Assembly: GCA_013239625.1 (NCBI GenBank)
Contig: MU054049.1
Coordinates: 819,015 to 883,014 of the forward strand
Direction of reading: 5' to 3'
Length of the DNA stretch: 64,000 nt
Origin: Lama guanicoe
Lineage: Eukaryota
Shown: in pieces, positions 1 to 13,539 of the stretch
How positions within the stretch are numbered: position 1 is the first letter of the stretch
Layout of the letters: the number at the start of each line of letters is the position of its first letter
Notes under the pieces: model-generated
Told to the model about the DNA's origin: nothing
The model's input: only the letters and a program-made list of their open reading frames with translations
Databases searched by the model: none
Translations under genes and position numbers: made by a program

Positions 1-429
1 TCCCCTGCGGGCCAAGGACCCCTCCATCCAGGATCCGTCCACTGGGGGCCTGCTCTGCCCGATATTTCCTGCCAGGAGGGCCCCGGAGGCCGCCTATGAG
101 CGCACAGTTCCAACTGTTGAAAGACAGGTGTGTGTTGGAAGGAACATATGGCCGCGGCAGCATTCAGAGCCCCACGGGATGCGGGTTAGGAATGTTACCT
201 TTCTCTCCCACCTTAATAAGGGGACAGGAATAAGAATGCGTGCGAAACACTTAGTTCAGGGCCTGCACGTGGTAAGTACGATCTCAAAACTGGGCACTGA
301 GTGGTGAATCTCTAACTGCCGTGTTTCTGTTTAATACTAGCACAATTCTAAAGAGTGTACAGTAGGGATTTTGCGGGGGTTCAGCCTCAACAGACTAAAA
401 AAAATGCCCAAGAAATGCCATCACAGTAC

Positions 430-635
430 TAGTTCTCATGTATTAGGCACCTACTATGTGTCCTTGAGGCTGGTGCTTTATAGTAAGTATCTCATTTAAT
501 TCTCAAATTCCCTGATGCCGGGAAATCTTTATTATGGCTTTTCAGACGAAGAAAATAAGGCACAGAAATGTTAGCTATCTTAGCCAGAGTCATACAGTCT
601 TGTCAGGGCTGGAACCTGAACCCAGGGTGTCTCTC
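430..635 (-). mobile_element. MIR SINE
   Basis: atctcatttaattctca...ttcagacgaagaaaataaggcacagaaatgtt...gaacctgaaccca. Other MIR-like pieces lie near 11.9-12.1, 19.1-19.3, 20.8-20.9, 31.55-31.65, 42.5-42.7 and 63.15-63.33 kb. Confidence 0.75.
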
Positions 636-2621
636 TAATACCCCAATTCCAGCCACTTCCTGTAAAGGTTCCTGGCTGGAAAGCCCTCAGTGATTTCACT
701 GGATGGTGAGGACCAGCGTTTGTGGATCCTGAAATCACCACCATGTACCCTGTTAAGCATTTGCGCCTGGAGCTGGGTTTTGGGGGCCAGGGTACTGTGT
801 GATCCTCTTAAGAGCTGGAAGATGAGGGAACTGAACCTCTCTGCTTTGGACAATCACGCTCCTACCCTAATTCTCATATTGCCCCTATGTCTGCTCACCC
901 CCAACTGTCATACTGATGTGTAATCGCCTCTAGCAGCTGGAAGGGAAAAAGGTCCAGAGGCTGGAGGTCCACTGGGAGTCCACTGCAGCAGTCCATGCTA
1001 GGGAGGGCAGGATCTGGACGATGGAGAGGAGAGGAGGGTTAGAGAGATTAAGGACTCACCAGGATATAGTGGGTTGAATGGCCAGGTTGCAGGGAGAGAG
1101 CAGAATCCCTGGAGACAAAGCTCTCTTACTCAGCATCAAGTCACTTATTCTGGCCCTCAGCCACTCCTCAGAAGGGTTGAGTAAGTATAAGTACGTTTGC
1201 TATAACGTTCAAGGCCTTTTATGGTGCTGTCAATGCCTTCCTCTGTGACCCATCTCTTGCTAACGCTACACACAACCAGATGCGCGCACAGCTTCTGCTC
1301 CTGGGTGCTCTGTTTCCTTCTCTCTGGAGTGTGAGTTTTAGCCACACAAGTCTGATCGTTCTAAGCAAGTCCCCTGTGAAACTGTCCCGATTCTACCACA
1401 GGAGCCATGAAGCACTTCCCAAGGGCTCTCATCTGTGTCCCTCTGACTGCCCAATGCCCCGCCTGCATGCCCAGCCCTGAGCTTCAGGTGGAATCAGGCC
1501 AGGAACCTCATGAGATTGGCTTGATGGACAGAGCCAAGACAGAATGACAGAATCTGCCTGCTGTTCCTTTTGGGCCAGGTAGAGGCCAGGTCAGGCTGGG
1601 GCAGAGGCCATCCAGTAGGAGAGGGGAGGACACAGAGCTGAAACATCTCATGTTGACATCAGGGTCACAGGGGGAGGGCCCGTGGCCAGTGCCAATGTCT
1701 TGAGCAATCATGAAAGCCTGTGAGTAATGCAGCCTGGGCCACTTCCTCTAAACCAGAGGCAGGAAAAAATGCCCTGAAGACTTAGTTTGGGTCCACTCAC
1801 ACTTGTTTTGGTTAAGAAACCACTCCCCGGGTGCTTTTCCTGTGCAGCTGTTTCCCCCGATGATATTTAGTGGCTGGGATTACCCGCCTGCTTTTCCAGG
1901 GATCAGTGTTGGAACTGGACAAAACCACAGAGGTTCTGAGCTCAAACCCAGAAGTAAAGCTGGGAAAAGGGTAGGACCCTGTACTGGAGAATGGTGGGGG
2001 GCGCGGGAGCCGGGCAGGGGAGCCCTTTCTTTCTCTCTGCCCTCAGATCATGTTGCCAATACTTTGGATGAAGGGATCCAGGGGTTCCAGCTGGAAGGGA
2101 CAGTAGCACCCCTTCCTTTCTGGAGTTTACAGACGCTGCACCACAAGCCCCTGGGAGCCCTCCCACTCCCTCTGAGGCCACCGGGAAGGTGGGGTGAGGG
2201 CAAGAACAGGGCATGGGGATCTGCTGAACATGATGGCCTCCTGCAGAAGCTTTTATTTGGAGGAACTGCCCCCACTCCTCTTACTTACAGGCAGGAATTG
2301 GAGGCCAAGGAGGGGAAATATGGGCCTCAACTAGAAGTAGAGACAGAGAGATGGCCCCCCCTCTCCCACTGCCCTGCGCCTTCCCTCACAGCACTGCACC
2401 TCCCAGCAGTGGTCCTGGGTCTCCTTTTGTCAGTTCCCTGCTCTGCATCATTTTTTCATTTTCTAAGGGCTCCTCTGGGCCAGGCATTTGTAGGCTCTAC
2501 AAGGTGAGTGGAGAGGATTGGGAGGCCAGAACTCTCCAGAAGGCATTCACTGAAACATATACTTCTTGGTGGGATGGTCACCCATCAACATCATTGGCCC
2601 ACAGCCAGGATGGCTTCAGAT

Positions 2622-2785
2622 CAGTGGTTCTCAATCTTGGCTGTGCGTTGGGGAGCTCTGAAAACTGACTTCTCTGTCTCACCCCCATCGGCTCTGACTT
2701 AACTTGTCTGGAGTGGACATTGGTCACTGGGAGGTGTAAAAGTTCCTCTGGTGATCCATCATGCAGCCGGGGTGACAATTACTAC
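2622..2785. mobile_element. MER5-type hAT MITE
   Basis: cagtggttctcaatcttggctg...ggtgatccatcatgcagcc. Confidence 0.7.
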
Positions 2786-3363
2786 TTTATTAGATAATTG
2801 CACGTCCTTGAGCCTGGGACCACCAGAAGCAGTATTGGCTGGCTGTTGCCTTGCAGCAGGCTTCTTCTCAGGGAGGGGCACATTTACCAATCAGTCTTCT
2901 AGTTAGAAAGTAGAAAAGGGCCTCTGTCTCAAGGCTCAACATGAGACCGCTTGACTCCACTCAGAACCACAGGTACTGGTGTGTAGGCTGTGCACTGCAC
3001 AAAGGTGTCCAGGGGAAGGGCTGGGTTTGGGCTTTGCTGGCAAAGCCATGTGTTCTAGCATGGTGAGAGGGACCCACTGCCAGGAAAGCGAGCCTTTCTC
3101 TAATGTATACCAAGATGTCTTATAGGTAGCAGAGCCCCACTCCCCTGTTCCAGAAGCTGCAGGGAGGACAGAGTGTGCTCTTCCAGAGGCAGAGGGGGAA
3201 AACACTGCTACCCTGAGTCTGAGATGCTTACTCAGTGGTCACCAGCACCAGCATCCCTTGACTCCCTGCTTATGGTACCATCAGTTCCTGTTGCCAGGTG
3301 ACTGAAGCCTCTAGCACACCACTTCTGCCCATCCCAGTGGTGTGCTGGACTGGCCACCTGTAC

Positions 3364-3870
3364 TGAGACAGGTGGGAAGAGGGCAGAGCACAACCATTAA
3401 AAGAATGACATAGCCACTGAAGACGCAACAGAAACTGGTTAGAACCTACTGAGCCCAAGATGGCGGAAGATTTGCCTTCCAGTAGACCTTGAGCCTCATT
3501 ACACACTAATTATAATACATCAGCGTACTAAATGACATACCTACAGACTCCATGGCTGTTCTGAGGCTGGCCATAAAAGGCCAAAAAGTGGGTGGTGGCC
3601 AAGTTCTTGGAAATCCCCGCCCCTTCGCCAAAGTAGTTAAAATAATCCTCCCACTTGTTAGCCTACGAAATTACGCAGCCCATAAAAACTAACAACCCCA
3701 CAGCCCATGGCCTCTCACCTTCTGAGAGGGCACACACTCTGTCTAGAGAGTGTGTAGCTCCCTGAATAAATTCACTTTTCCTCTAGTATGGCTCACTCAT
3801 GAATCCTTTCCTGATGCACCTGGGACCTGGGACACGACCATCCTCCGGCGCTCTCCATCCTCCTGCAACG
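3364..3870 (+). mobile_element. Solo ERV1-type LTR
   Basis: TG start, cataaaa TATA-like box at ~3681, AATAAA at ~3765, 4-bp TSD GTAC at 3360-3363 and 3871-3874. Confidence 0.8.
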
Positions 3871-4098
3871 GTACCAACCACCCTGAGATCAGATGGTTAA
3901 ATTCTTAGGAATTCTAAAATTTTAACACAGGCATCATTAGAAATTAAAGTGTGTAAACGTACAATTAAATAAATGATATTAAAAACAAAGGTAGTAGATA
4001 CTCAGCAGACATGACTCTGATTATTTCCTACATTTTGCTCCTGCCTACATGCTTAGGATTATTTCTCTCCATGACATCTGTATGGTGAAAATACTATT

Positions 4099-5165
4099 AT
4101 GACAGTGATTTTTTATGTCACCTTGACTGGGCCCCAGGGTGCCCAGACATTTGATCAAGTGTTATTCTGGGTGTGTCTGGGAGGGTGCTTCTGGACAAAA
4201 TTACAATTTGAATCAGGAGACGGAACAAAGCAGGTTTCCCTCCCTGATGTAGGGGAGCAGCATCCAACCACGTGGGAGGCTGAATAGAACAGAAAGGCGG
4301 ACCCTCCCATGTATAGAGAAGGGAATTCGTCCTGCCTGAAGGCCTTGAGCTAGGGCATGGGGTTTTTTTTCCTGCCTTTGGGCTAGAACTGAAAATTGGT
4401 TTTTATCCTGGGTCTTTGGCCCGCGGGCCTTCGAACAAGAACTCCACCGGTTCTCCTGGCTCTCTGGCTGTCAACTGCAGACCTTGGGACTTCTCAGCCT
4501 CCATAGTTGTGTGAGCCAGTGCCTTGTTATAAATCTCTTGATAAACACAGACAGCCCCTGGCTTATGATGGTTCAACTTCAAGGTTTTTTTGACTTCATG
4601 GTAGTGTAAAAGCGATATGCCTTCAGTAGAAACTGTCCTTCAAATTCTGAACTTTCAGCTTTTCCTGGGCTGGCCAGATGCTAGGAGATACTCCCTCATG
4701 ATGCTGGGCAGCGGTGGTGACCCACGGCTCCCAGCTGGCCGTGCCATGGCGACCGATAACTTACAACAGATACCCTAGACCCACAGAACTTCTGTTTTTT
4801 CACTTTCAGTACAGTAGTTAACAAATTACATGAGATATTCAACAGTTTGTTATAAAATAGGCTTTGTGTTAGCTTTGTTGCCCAGCTGTTAAGTGCTCTG
4901 AGCACATTTAAGGTAGGCTAGGCTGAGCTACAATGTTCGGTAGGTTAGGTGTATTAAATTCATTTTTGACTTATGATGGGTTTATTGGGACGTAACTCCT
5001 CTGTAAGTCAAGGAAGATATATATCTATATCAAGAAATTTATATATCCTTGATATATATATATACATATGTTCTTGATATATATGTGTGATCTATGTGTA
5101 TACGCACACACACACACCTATATCTTCTATTTGCTCTATTTCTCTGGAGAACCCGAATTCAACTA
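4099..5165 (+). mobile_element. MLT2-type (ERVL) LTR interrupted by MER47
   Basis: Typical 5' ttttatgtcaccttgactgggcc...ttctgggtgtgtctg and 3' (TA/CA)n then tttctctggagaaccc. Confidence 0.8.
4548..5018 (-). mobile_element. MER47-like (Tigger5-derived) DNA transposon
   Basis: Contains gtgctctgagcacatttaaggtaggctaggctgagcta...ttcggtaggttaggtgtattaaat; inverted cttatgatgg / ctgtaagtcaagga termini. Confidence 0.8.
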
Positions 5166-5291
5166 TATATTGGGATGTTTCCACACATCTCTTCCCAACT
5201 CCTTGTTCAGTGATCCTGTTGGTATGCTGGTAGTTTGCAGTTGATGGTGGTGAGACTATTTACACCAAGAAAATCAACAAATGCTGCCCAT

Positions 5292-5672
5292 TGTGAAAAG
5301 AAAATCAAAATGGAGTTGCCATTGCCAAGAGAGCTCTCTGAAACGGAGCCTGGGGGCCACGGAGGAAGCGTGACTTACACATGTCTCGGCCTGGATGGAA
5401 TCCGATCTTTTGACCAGAAATTGTACTAAGACATCCAGAACACCTGCTAGAAACTTGAGATACTTATCAGACCCTTACCCTAGAGTAATTCCTGACAGCC
5501 TAGTCCTTAAGGACAAACATTTCTTTTCCTCGTGGTTTTTGCCTTGATAAGCCCCTGACTCTCTTCCCTGGAACACCCCTTGGAATCTGTGTCTCCTGAA
5601 TTACAATTTGTAAGATGCTCAAATGTAAAGCTCTTTGTTCTTTGCAGCCTTGATATTGATTACTGTTTGACA
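5292..5672 (+). mobile_element. Solo ERV1-type LTR
   Basis: tgtgaaaagaaaatcaaaatggagt ... gtttgaca (TG...CA); interrupts the MER63 body. Confidence 0.6.
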
Positions 5673-7390
5673 TCATCAGGACTTAACTTTTTTCCCTTCC
5701 AGAGAGCCAGTTGTTAGGCATTTGCCAGCACTCCTCTGGTCATTCCCTACCAGCCTGGCTCTGTGCGCCCTAGTCACTGTCAACTCCCCGCTCTGGGCAC
5801 AGAATGCTCGCTCTCCACCCAAATCTGTTCTCTCTTTCCTCTTGGGCACACCCAGATGCCTGAATGACTGCGTGAGCCCCCACTGTCAACCAGAAACATC
5901 TCAGACAGATGTGAGAAGTGAACCATTCTCCACTTGGTCCTCTTTGTCACTACAGCTGATCTTCCCACCAGATACACGCTCTACCTGCCTTTCTCAACAC
6001 CTAGACATTGATGCATCCTTTTGGACCCTGTTTCAGCATCACCTCCCTTCTCGGAGCCCCATGGTTAGAGTTGCACACCTTTAATAATCTCCCTCATCAC
6101 CCAGACCTGAGGCCACACAAACCTTCTAAAAGTCCTCCTGCCAGACCCCATTAAGATCTTACCCATAGTTTAGATATATAAAATTTAAATTACCCATATG
6201 TGTTATGCATAATTTAAAAATTGACCCACAATTTAAATATTATAGCCTATAATTTAAATATAAACTAAAAACAAAACTTAGAGTATGCTGACTTTAAAAT
6301 ACTCTTTCTAGATTTTTTCAATTGCAAAATTGTGTGGGATTCATCAACGGTGAACTTTTCTCCCACTTTGGTGGCCTTGTCTTCCTGGGACTCGGCGCAC
6401 AGCCTGGGTTTTACCTTTGGGCACTTGGGTCCTGCAAGTTGCTGTGTCCCAGAGGGAAGAGGGTGGGGCCCCTCTCCTGGCCCTCAGTTGCTGGCCTCAG
6501 TCCTGTTGCCTTTGGCCTGAATTCTGTCTCTGTCCTTTGGCCCAATGCCTCCTCCAGATGTGTAGCTTGGCTTTTAATTTCAGTCGATGCACTTCAATCT
6601 ATGGCACACCCTCCCATACATAGCCCAGGCCTCCAGAAGAGATTCAGAACCCTGAACTCTTACTTTTTTGGGGTCTTCTTGACCTGGGATCCTGGGATCC
6701 TGGGCAGAGAGTCAGAAGGACAAAGATGCAGAATCCAGGGTTGGGCATTGGAAAACCGCCAGACACACTGGGCCGGCAAGAGGGTTCAGACCAGAATATG
6801 GAGGCTCTGCTTGGAAAGGCCCTTACTTGTGACCTCGAGCATGTTTCCTTAAGTTCTATAGCCTTGGTCAAGGGGGAGAGGAGGCACAGGGGTACTGAGC
6901 CGGTTCAGATACTGTAACTTTCGGTTTAAACCTCTACCGTGGCACTTGTCACATATCACCTTTAACTCCGCAATAGCTAATGTCCAGACAGCTGATGTCA
7001 GTGCAGGGGCAGATGTGAAGACGAGAGTTTCATTAGGGATGAACACTTGCTCAGGAAGGGAGAGGAAGCAGGCAGGGGGAGGAAAGGGGGTGTACAGACC
7101 TGACAGTGGACCTGCCAGCCCACCTGGGAGCTCCGAGGCAGATGGCCCAGAGCGTGGTCTGGCTTTGGATGGAGGTGTTTAGGCCCCTGTACCACAGCTT
7201 TGCACGGTCATTGGCTGGAGGCCTTCTCGGAGGCAAGCATGACTTGGCCGCTACTGCCTTGAGAAGTCGTTGGCTGGGAGCCACCCAAGAAGAGCACGAA
7301 GTTGGCTGGAAAGCCGGAAAGCCGAGGCTGACCCTCAAAGCGCTGACAGCTGGCGGTGTCAGCCAACCCTACTTTTGCAGCGGGGCCTCA

Positions 7391-7415
7391 GCAGTCCTTT
7401 CCTGAAGGGGGCGCT
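7391..7415 (+). promoter_or_regulatory. CTCF-like motif with upstream-module-like GCAGT
   Basis: gcagtccttt CCTGAAGGGGGCGCT. Confidence 0.5.
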
Positions 7416-8544
7416 GAGCAGCTCGTCTGTGTGTGCCTGACAGGTCCTGTGGACCTCGTAGGCCTCATTTTTTATGCTTCTATAAATGCTGAGTTCAGAC
7501 AAATTCTACTCACCTGAGACTCTCTGCTTCACTTGGGCAACTGTCTGGGCTCCTCATTTAGTTGGGCGGTTTTCAGATAAAGATTTTATTCAGCTGCAAA
7601 GTCTTCCTGTGGTTTCCTCAGAGCATGTGTAGAGCCAACAGTGGGACAGGCCATGCTGGAGCAGGTGGGGTCCCCTCAGGGCACTGTGGGAAGTGGCAGG
7701 AGGGACCCCCGCCAGCCGGGCCTGACACCCTGGGCCAGGCAGAGTCCCTTGCTGAGTTTCTGCTTCTGGCCGTCAGAGGCTAAGAGGAAAGAAGGAAGTG
7801 TGACCTCGCTAGCGGAGTTCTGGGTCCTGGGAACATGAGATACTGAGGTTCCAAGGAGCTGTCACCCTTTCTGTGCAGCAGTAAGGGGGGACCCCATGGG
7901 GAGGGTGACTGCCAGCATCAAGCCTGTCCAGGAGCATCCTGTTCTCAACAGGGTCCAACAAAGAAGCAGGTCTGAAATGATTTCCCCTCCCACAAAGAGT
8001 CAGGATTTTAGAAAATGATGAATCACCCCTTTGGTCAGTTTTACATTGTTGAAAAACAAGTCTTCTCCCTCGTGAAAACACCTGCTTGTTCTGGAAAGGC
8101 AGGGATTGGAACAGATGGAAAGAACGGAAATTTCCCAGGCGCCTTCTCTCACAACTCACACCTCTCCCCAAAGTCAAGATTCTGCAAGAATCAAATCAAG
8201 AGGCGGGACCAGCCTCTTCCCCTGGGCGCACCACCTCCATCTGCTCGTCCGATCATTTCCTTTGGGTTTACATCCTTAATCCTGCTCTCCTTCACTGGTT
8301 CTCTTCCCCAAGTTGACAAACACACTCAGGTCTCCCCTCCTTTCAAAATCACACTTCCCTTCACTTCATTTGTTATAGGGCAACAGGACTCATTTTGGGG
8401 CTTTATGACACCTGGCCCTTTCCTGTTTTGGACCAACCCCCCAGGACCTCCCCCTTTGGGATGGCTTCCATCAGGAACAGGTCTGCACTGTCAGATGTGG
8501 CCATGTGAACTAGGCTCAGCCCATCAGATGCCCATGCCTGTGTC

Positions 8545-8915
8545 TGATCTAAATTGAGAGTGTCATGAAAAGACTGAGAGATGGTTAGATGGACTTCCCA
8601 GCACTGGCAGCAGTGACAATGCCCTGCTGTGACCTTGGTGACTTCTAACACGGTGGAGGTGTCCCACAGGGATGTCCTGACCACGCCTTTTCTGCAAGAA
8701 GACGACCCTTGTACTTCTTGCTTTTAGGCCTTCTGGGGCCACCATCATTCTTGTCTGTTTTCCAAGCCTGGTTTTCCAGCTCCCAAAAGATTTTGTAAAT
8801 ATCTGGTATATTTCAAATACATTCCCTTTTCTGGCTTTAGCTGGCTTGGGTTGCCTTTCTGTGACTTGCAACCCACCAAATTCTAACTGATGCCCCCATC
8901 GTGCCTCCCAGCCCA
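8545..8915 (+). mobile_element. Old MLT1 (MaLR) LTR
   Basis: 3' end attcccttttctggctttagctggcttgggttgcctttctgtgacttgcaacc. Confidence 0.55.
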
Positions 8916-9729
8916 TGTTTTCCCATTCCTCTTCTCTCTCACTTCCTCATCTTCCTAACTCAGCACAGATGGCGTGGTCTCCCACTTGTCCGTTCTCTCA
9001 CAGATGGCATTTCCTTCATTTCCCCAATCATGCCACCAAGCTAAGCATTGCATGTCTCAGACTGGAAACCACAGGCCATCCTTCCAGGCCACGGCTCTTG
9101 TTTCCTACAGCCTCCTGTCAGATTTCCAGGACCGACAGCATTCACAGCTCACCCAGAAGGTGCTGCTGGATGAGGCCCTCCCTCTCTGGCAAATGCTTCT
9201 TTCCTTCCAACCTTTATTCCATGCTCATCTGTTTCACATCCAGCTCCTGTCTGGGTGTGTACCCCCGACCTTGGTGAGGGGCTACTGCACACAAGCTGCC
9301 TTACTTCCTCCTGCAGTGTGACCACCTAGTTACAGGGCTCCGTGGAAAACTGCCAACCAACAATTCCATACTTGGCAAAACTATTCCTCAAAAATGAAGT
9401 CACAATTAACTCATTCTTAGATAAACACTAATTGAGACAGTTAATTGCTTGCAGACCTGTCCTACAATCACTGTTAAAGGGAGTCCTTCAGACTGAAATG
9501 AAAGGACATGAGACAGTAACTCAAACCCACATGAAGAAATAAGAACAGCAGTAAAAGTAACGGTATAGATAAATATTAAAGATGATGTTAGCACATTTTT
9601 CTTCGTAACTTCTCTTTTTTTCTTATCCAATTTAAAAGATAATGTCAGAAAAAAATGATAAATCTATGTTGATGAACACATAGTGTAAAAGATATAATAA
9701 GTGATGATGAAGATATATAAAAGCTTTTG

Positions 9730-10215
9730 TTCAACAGATGAATGGATAAAGAAGATATGATATATAGACAATGGAATACTACTCAGCCATAAAAAGAATG
9801 AAACTTTGCCATTTGCAACAACAAATGGACTTGGAGGGCATCATGCCAAGTGAAATAAACCAGACTGAGAAAGACAAATACTGTCTGATATCACTTATAG
9901 CGTGGAATCTAAAAAATACAACAAATTAGTGAATATAACAAAAAGGAAATGGACTCACAGATATAGAGAATAAACTGGTGGTTACCAGTGGGGAGAGAGA
10001 AAGGGGGAAGGTCAGTATAGGGGTAGAGGATTAAGAGGTACAAACTATTATGTATAAAATAAGCTACAAGGACATATTATACAACACAGAGAATATAGTC
10101 AATATTTCATAATAACTATAAACGGAGTATAACCTTTACAAATTGTGAATCACTATATTGTATACCTGTAACTCATATATTACACATCAACTATACTTCG
10201 ATAAAAAGTAAAATA
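9730..10215 (+). mobile_element. L1 3' end (L1MA-type)
   Basis: caacagatgaatggataaagaagat...tgtgaatcactatattgtatacctg...caactatacttcgataaaaa. Confidence 0.85.
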
Positions 10216-10700
10216 AAGTAAAAACATTTTGTATACTGTTTGTATTAATCCAAACTAGATTAACAAGGCAATCAGTAAGGAAATAACCCCCAAAATGTAC
10301 AGAAATAGAAACAACAAGGTGCTTGAAAGAGTATGACAGAAAATATTCATTTAACACAAAAGATGTCCGTAACTGAGGATGTGAGGAACAAAAAATATGA
10401 AAAAAGAAAAAAATAGCAAAATAGCAGGATTAAGTCCTTTCTCATCAGCAAGTACATTAAATATAAATGAATTAAACTCTTCAAGTAAAAGGCATAGGTG
10501 GGTAGAACTGATTTTTTAAAAATTCAACAATACGCTCTCTAAAGCGTGTTAACTTTAGATTCAAAGACACAAATAGGTTGAAAGTGAAAGGACTGAAAAA
10601 AGATATTCTACGTGACAGCAACCAAAAGAGAGTTGGAGTGGCAATACTGAAATCAGACAAAATGGACTTTAAGACAAAAATTATTACCAGAAAGAAAGGA

Positions 10701-10702
<2 letters not shown>

Positions 10703-10746
<44 letters not shown>
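10703..10746. repeat. (AC)22 microsatellite
   Basis: Direct reading. Confidence 0.95.
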
Positions 10747-10752
<6 letters not shown>

Positions 10753-12689
10753 ATGAAGGATCAATCTATCAAGGTGTAACAATTATAAACATATATTTGG
10801 CTAACAGTAGAGTATCAAAGTCCATGAAGCAAAAATAGATTCAAGGGAGAAATAGACAACGCAACAATGGTAATTGATGACTTCAATATCCCACTTTCAA
10901 CAATGGATAGAATAGCAACAAAGAAATAGAGGACTTGACCAGCACTATAAACCAACTAGACCTAACACACATCTATAGAACACTTCACACAACAACAGCA
11001 AAATACATATTCTTCTCAAGGGCACAGGAAAAACATCCCTGGATAGACCACATGTTAGGCCACAAAGCAGGTCTCAAGATATTTAAAAGGATATCTGTTC
11101 TCATCACCTCTAGTCAACATTGTATTGGAGGATGTAGCCAGAGCAATTAGGTAAGAAAAAAACAATAAAGGCAGGGCCTGTTGCATTCAATTCTGGGTCT
11201 ACTGCTGGGACTGGGTTTGAAAGAGAGCAGGAACCAAGGAACTGTGCAGGGTGCTGTTCTGTCCCTAGGTAAGGCAATGGTGGGTAGCTCTGGCCTGTGC
11301 CCATGGCAGCCTCTCTTTTCTAAATTTTCAATTTTGAATTTCAGTCTCCATTGATATCCCAAGGGATTTATGAAGACCCCAACCTGATAATTTTGGACAC
11401 AGACTGAGGGCCTCTGGGTGGGGCTTGGCATTTTAGGCCCTGCCAACAGTACACCTGGCTGAAGAAGCACTGGGTAGGGGGTTACTCTGATTAACAAGCC
11501 ATAGGGTCTGGCCTTGGGGCTGGCTCAGCCTGGAAGAAGGGGCACTTTGTCTTTTGCAGAAAGGCACTGTCTAGACTCAAGACTTGGCATTGCACTGTGA
11601 GTTGCCTGAACAATTAGTCCCAAGGCAGAGGCTTGAACATAGAACCCTGGGGCTCAGAGAAAGGGGGGCAATGGTCAGAGGTGGCAGCATGGGGACTGAT
11701 ATGGGGCCTATTTTTCTTCTTTGCAGTGGGCTCATGAATCAGGCCTCACGGGTCCCAAGGTGCCTGACCAGCCACCTCTGTTTTGGATGGGCCTGCCTTC
11801 CCAGCCCTGCACACACAGTCTCAGAACCAGACCTGACATGGTGAGGAGCACACTGTGCCCAGTGGCAACATCCCCCTTTCTGCAGTTGTTGCCATCACTA
11901 CTATTCTATCAGTTACCTTTTTCTAAGCACCTACCATGCATCAGACTCCATTATCATGGTTCACATGCATCACCACCCAAAGGTGGTCTATCAATTCCTA
12001 TCTTAAGAGGAAAGTGAGGCTCAGAGGTGGTGCATGATTTGTACCACATCATCAGCTACCAGGGGCTAAGCTGGTGCCTCAAACCCAGCGTTCCAGGGTA
12101 TATAACACCAAATGGTCCCCATACATTTCCATAGCAAGGACATAGGCACAGGTGTGTACCATATGGTACCTGCATGATAGACCTTCCATCCTTCACCTCC
12201 AAGCCTCCCAAACTACCAAGAGGCCCAGAAATCTGCTTTCAAGGCATTAGGTTTCTCCTGTTGACCCCTGATGGAAAATTTAAAGGGTAAGAATTTTTTG
12301 AAAGTTGTCAGGTCATGGCCTCAGTAATGTATGTTAAAGCACATTCATAACCAAGAGGATTTCATCCCAAAATGGTCCTAAACCCTTTCCCATTCTCCCA
12401 CAGCCCATTGGAGTTAACTTCTTTGGTGCAGATAGGACATAGAAACAATAAGGACTTGTCTTGCAGTGAGGGGACAAAGCTTGCCTTCCCATCAATCAAC
12501 CCAGAGAGCTCAAGCAGAAAGAGGAACACCATCCTTGATAGGCAGCTATGGACCAACGACAGGGTGGCTGCTACCATGACTATGCAGGTCATGCAAGGCA
12601 CCCCCTTATCTTGCAGATGCATTATCTTGCAGAGAAAGGTGCATCACAGCCTTGTTTTTAATGACCTACAGTACACTCTGCTGTGCTAC

Positions 12690-13050
12690 CCAGATGCCCC
12701 TAGGACTCTAGGGTCTAGTCCCCCAGCTGCTGACACACAACCCCCTGCCTCTGCCTTTGCTGGAGATTTCCTCACCAAAGGTACACTCCCTTCCTGGGGG
12801 CAGCCGCCATCGATGGCTGGTCACGTGGGAATATAAAAGCCTGGCTTCTTGCCCCAACTTAGCTCAGCCCTAGAAGCCCACCCCAGCCTCAGCGGAGTGT
12901 GGAACCTACTGAGGTCAGTGTTGTGCCTGCATTGCAGTCCGACTTCTCCCCCTGCTCAATCCTGCTTCCTGACCCCCACTGGTGTTACTCCCTGATAAAC
13001 TTACTCCACACTGACCTCCAGCTCAGAGCCAGCTTTTCAGGGGACCCAGA
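12690..13050 (+). mobile_element. LTR16-like (ERVL) LTR
   Basis: gacttctccccctgctcaatcctgcttcc...ccctgataaacttactccacac...ctcagagcc...ggggaccca signature. Confidence 0.65.
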
Positions 13051-13458
13051 CTTCAACAGAGCTAAAGGCCAGTCTGTGGGGCATTTTGAAACGATCGGTA
13101 GTATAGTGATAAAGTGGACATTATACAGCTTTAAGAGCTGATTGTTAAACTATATGCATGTTTCAATTCCACTTGTGTCTTTAACAAAAGGAAAGATGAA
13201 TATATGTGTCGAAACTTTTTGGGGGTAACAGCAGTTATCGATGCAGAGTAGGGATGGAAGTTTGGAGTCATCTGCTTCCGCATTACACTTTTCTGTGCTG
13301 TTTGAATTCTTTCAGTAAGCATGCCCTGAGTTCTACAGTGCTAATCCAAAGGAAGGATGGGAACAGTAGTTGAGGGGTTGAAAAGCAGTGAAATGTGGAA
13401 TTGCGGGTATTAGAGAGAGGAACATGGGCAGTGGTTGAGCAAGCCCTATCCAGCTGTA

Positions 13459-13538
13459 AGGTGACCAAAATCCGCGTTTACTTGAGATTATCCTGGTTTT
13501 AGCACTGGAAGTCCTGCATCCTGAGGAACCCTTCAGTA
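13459..13538. mobile_element. MER81-like hAT fragment
   Basis: aggtgacca...cctggttttagcactggaagtcctgcatcc. Confidence 0.6.
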
Positions 13539-13539
13539 C

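Larger units (their letters stand above)
3335..5738 (+). mobile_element. MER63-like hAT DNA transposon fragmented by nested insertions
   Basis: Starts cagtggtgtgctgg (3335) and ends ccagcactcctctg (~5738), forming terminal inverted repeats. Body pieces at ~3875-4098, ~5166-5290 and ~5673-5738. Confidence 0.7.
9350..11170 (+). mobile_element. Old L1 (ORF1 end to ORF2 endonuclease region) interrupted by a younger L1 3' end and a (CA)n
   Basis: ORF2-like peptides MKVKGLKKDILRDSNQKRVGVAILKSDKMDFKTK and TINQLDLTHIYRTLH in the ORF track. Confidence 0.85.

Noticed and set aside
1803..2507. 234-aa ORF, the longest non-L1 ORF, with acceptor-like (~2290) and donor-like (~2503) sites
   Set aside because: Non-ATG start, no recognisable domain, and composition typical of GC-rich non-coding DNA; the splice signals alone are insufficient.
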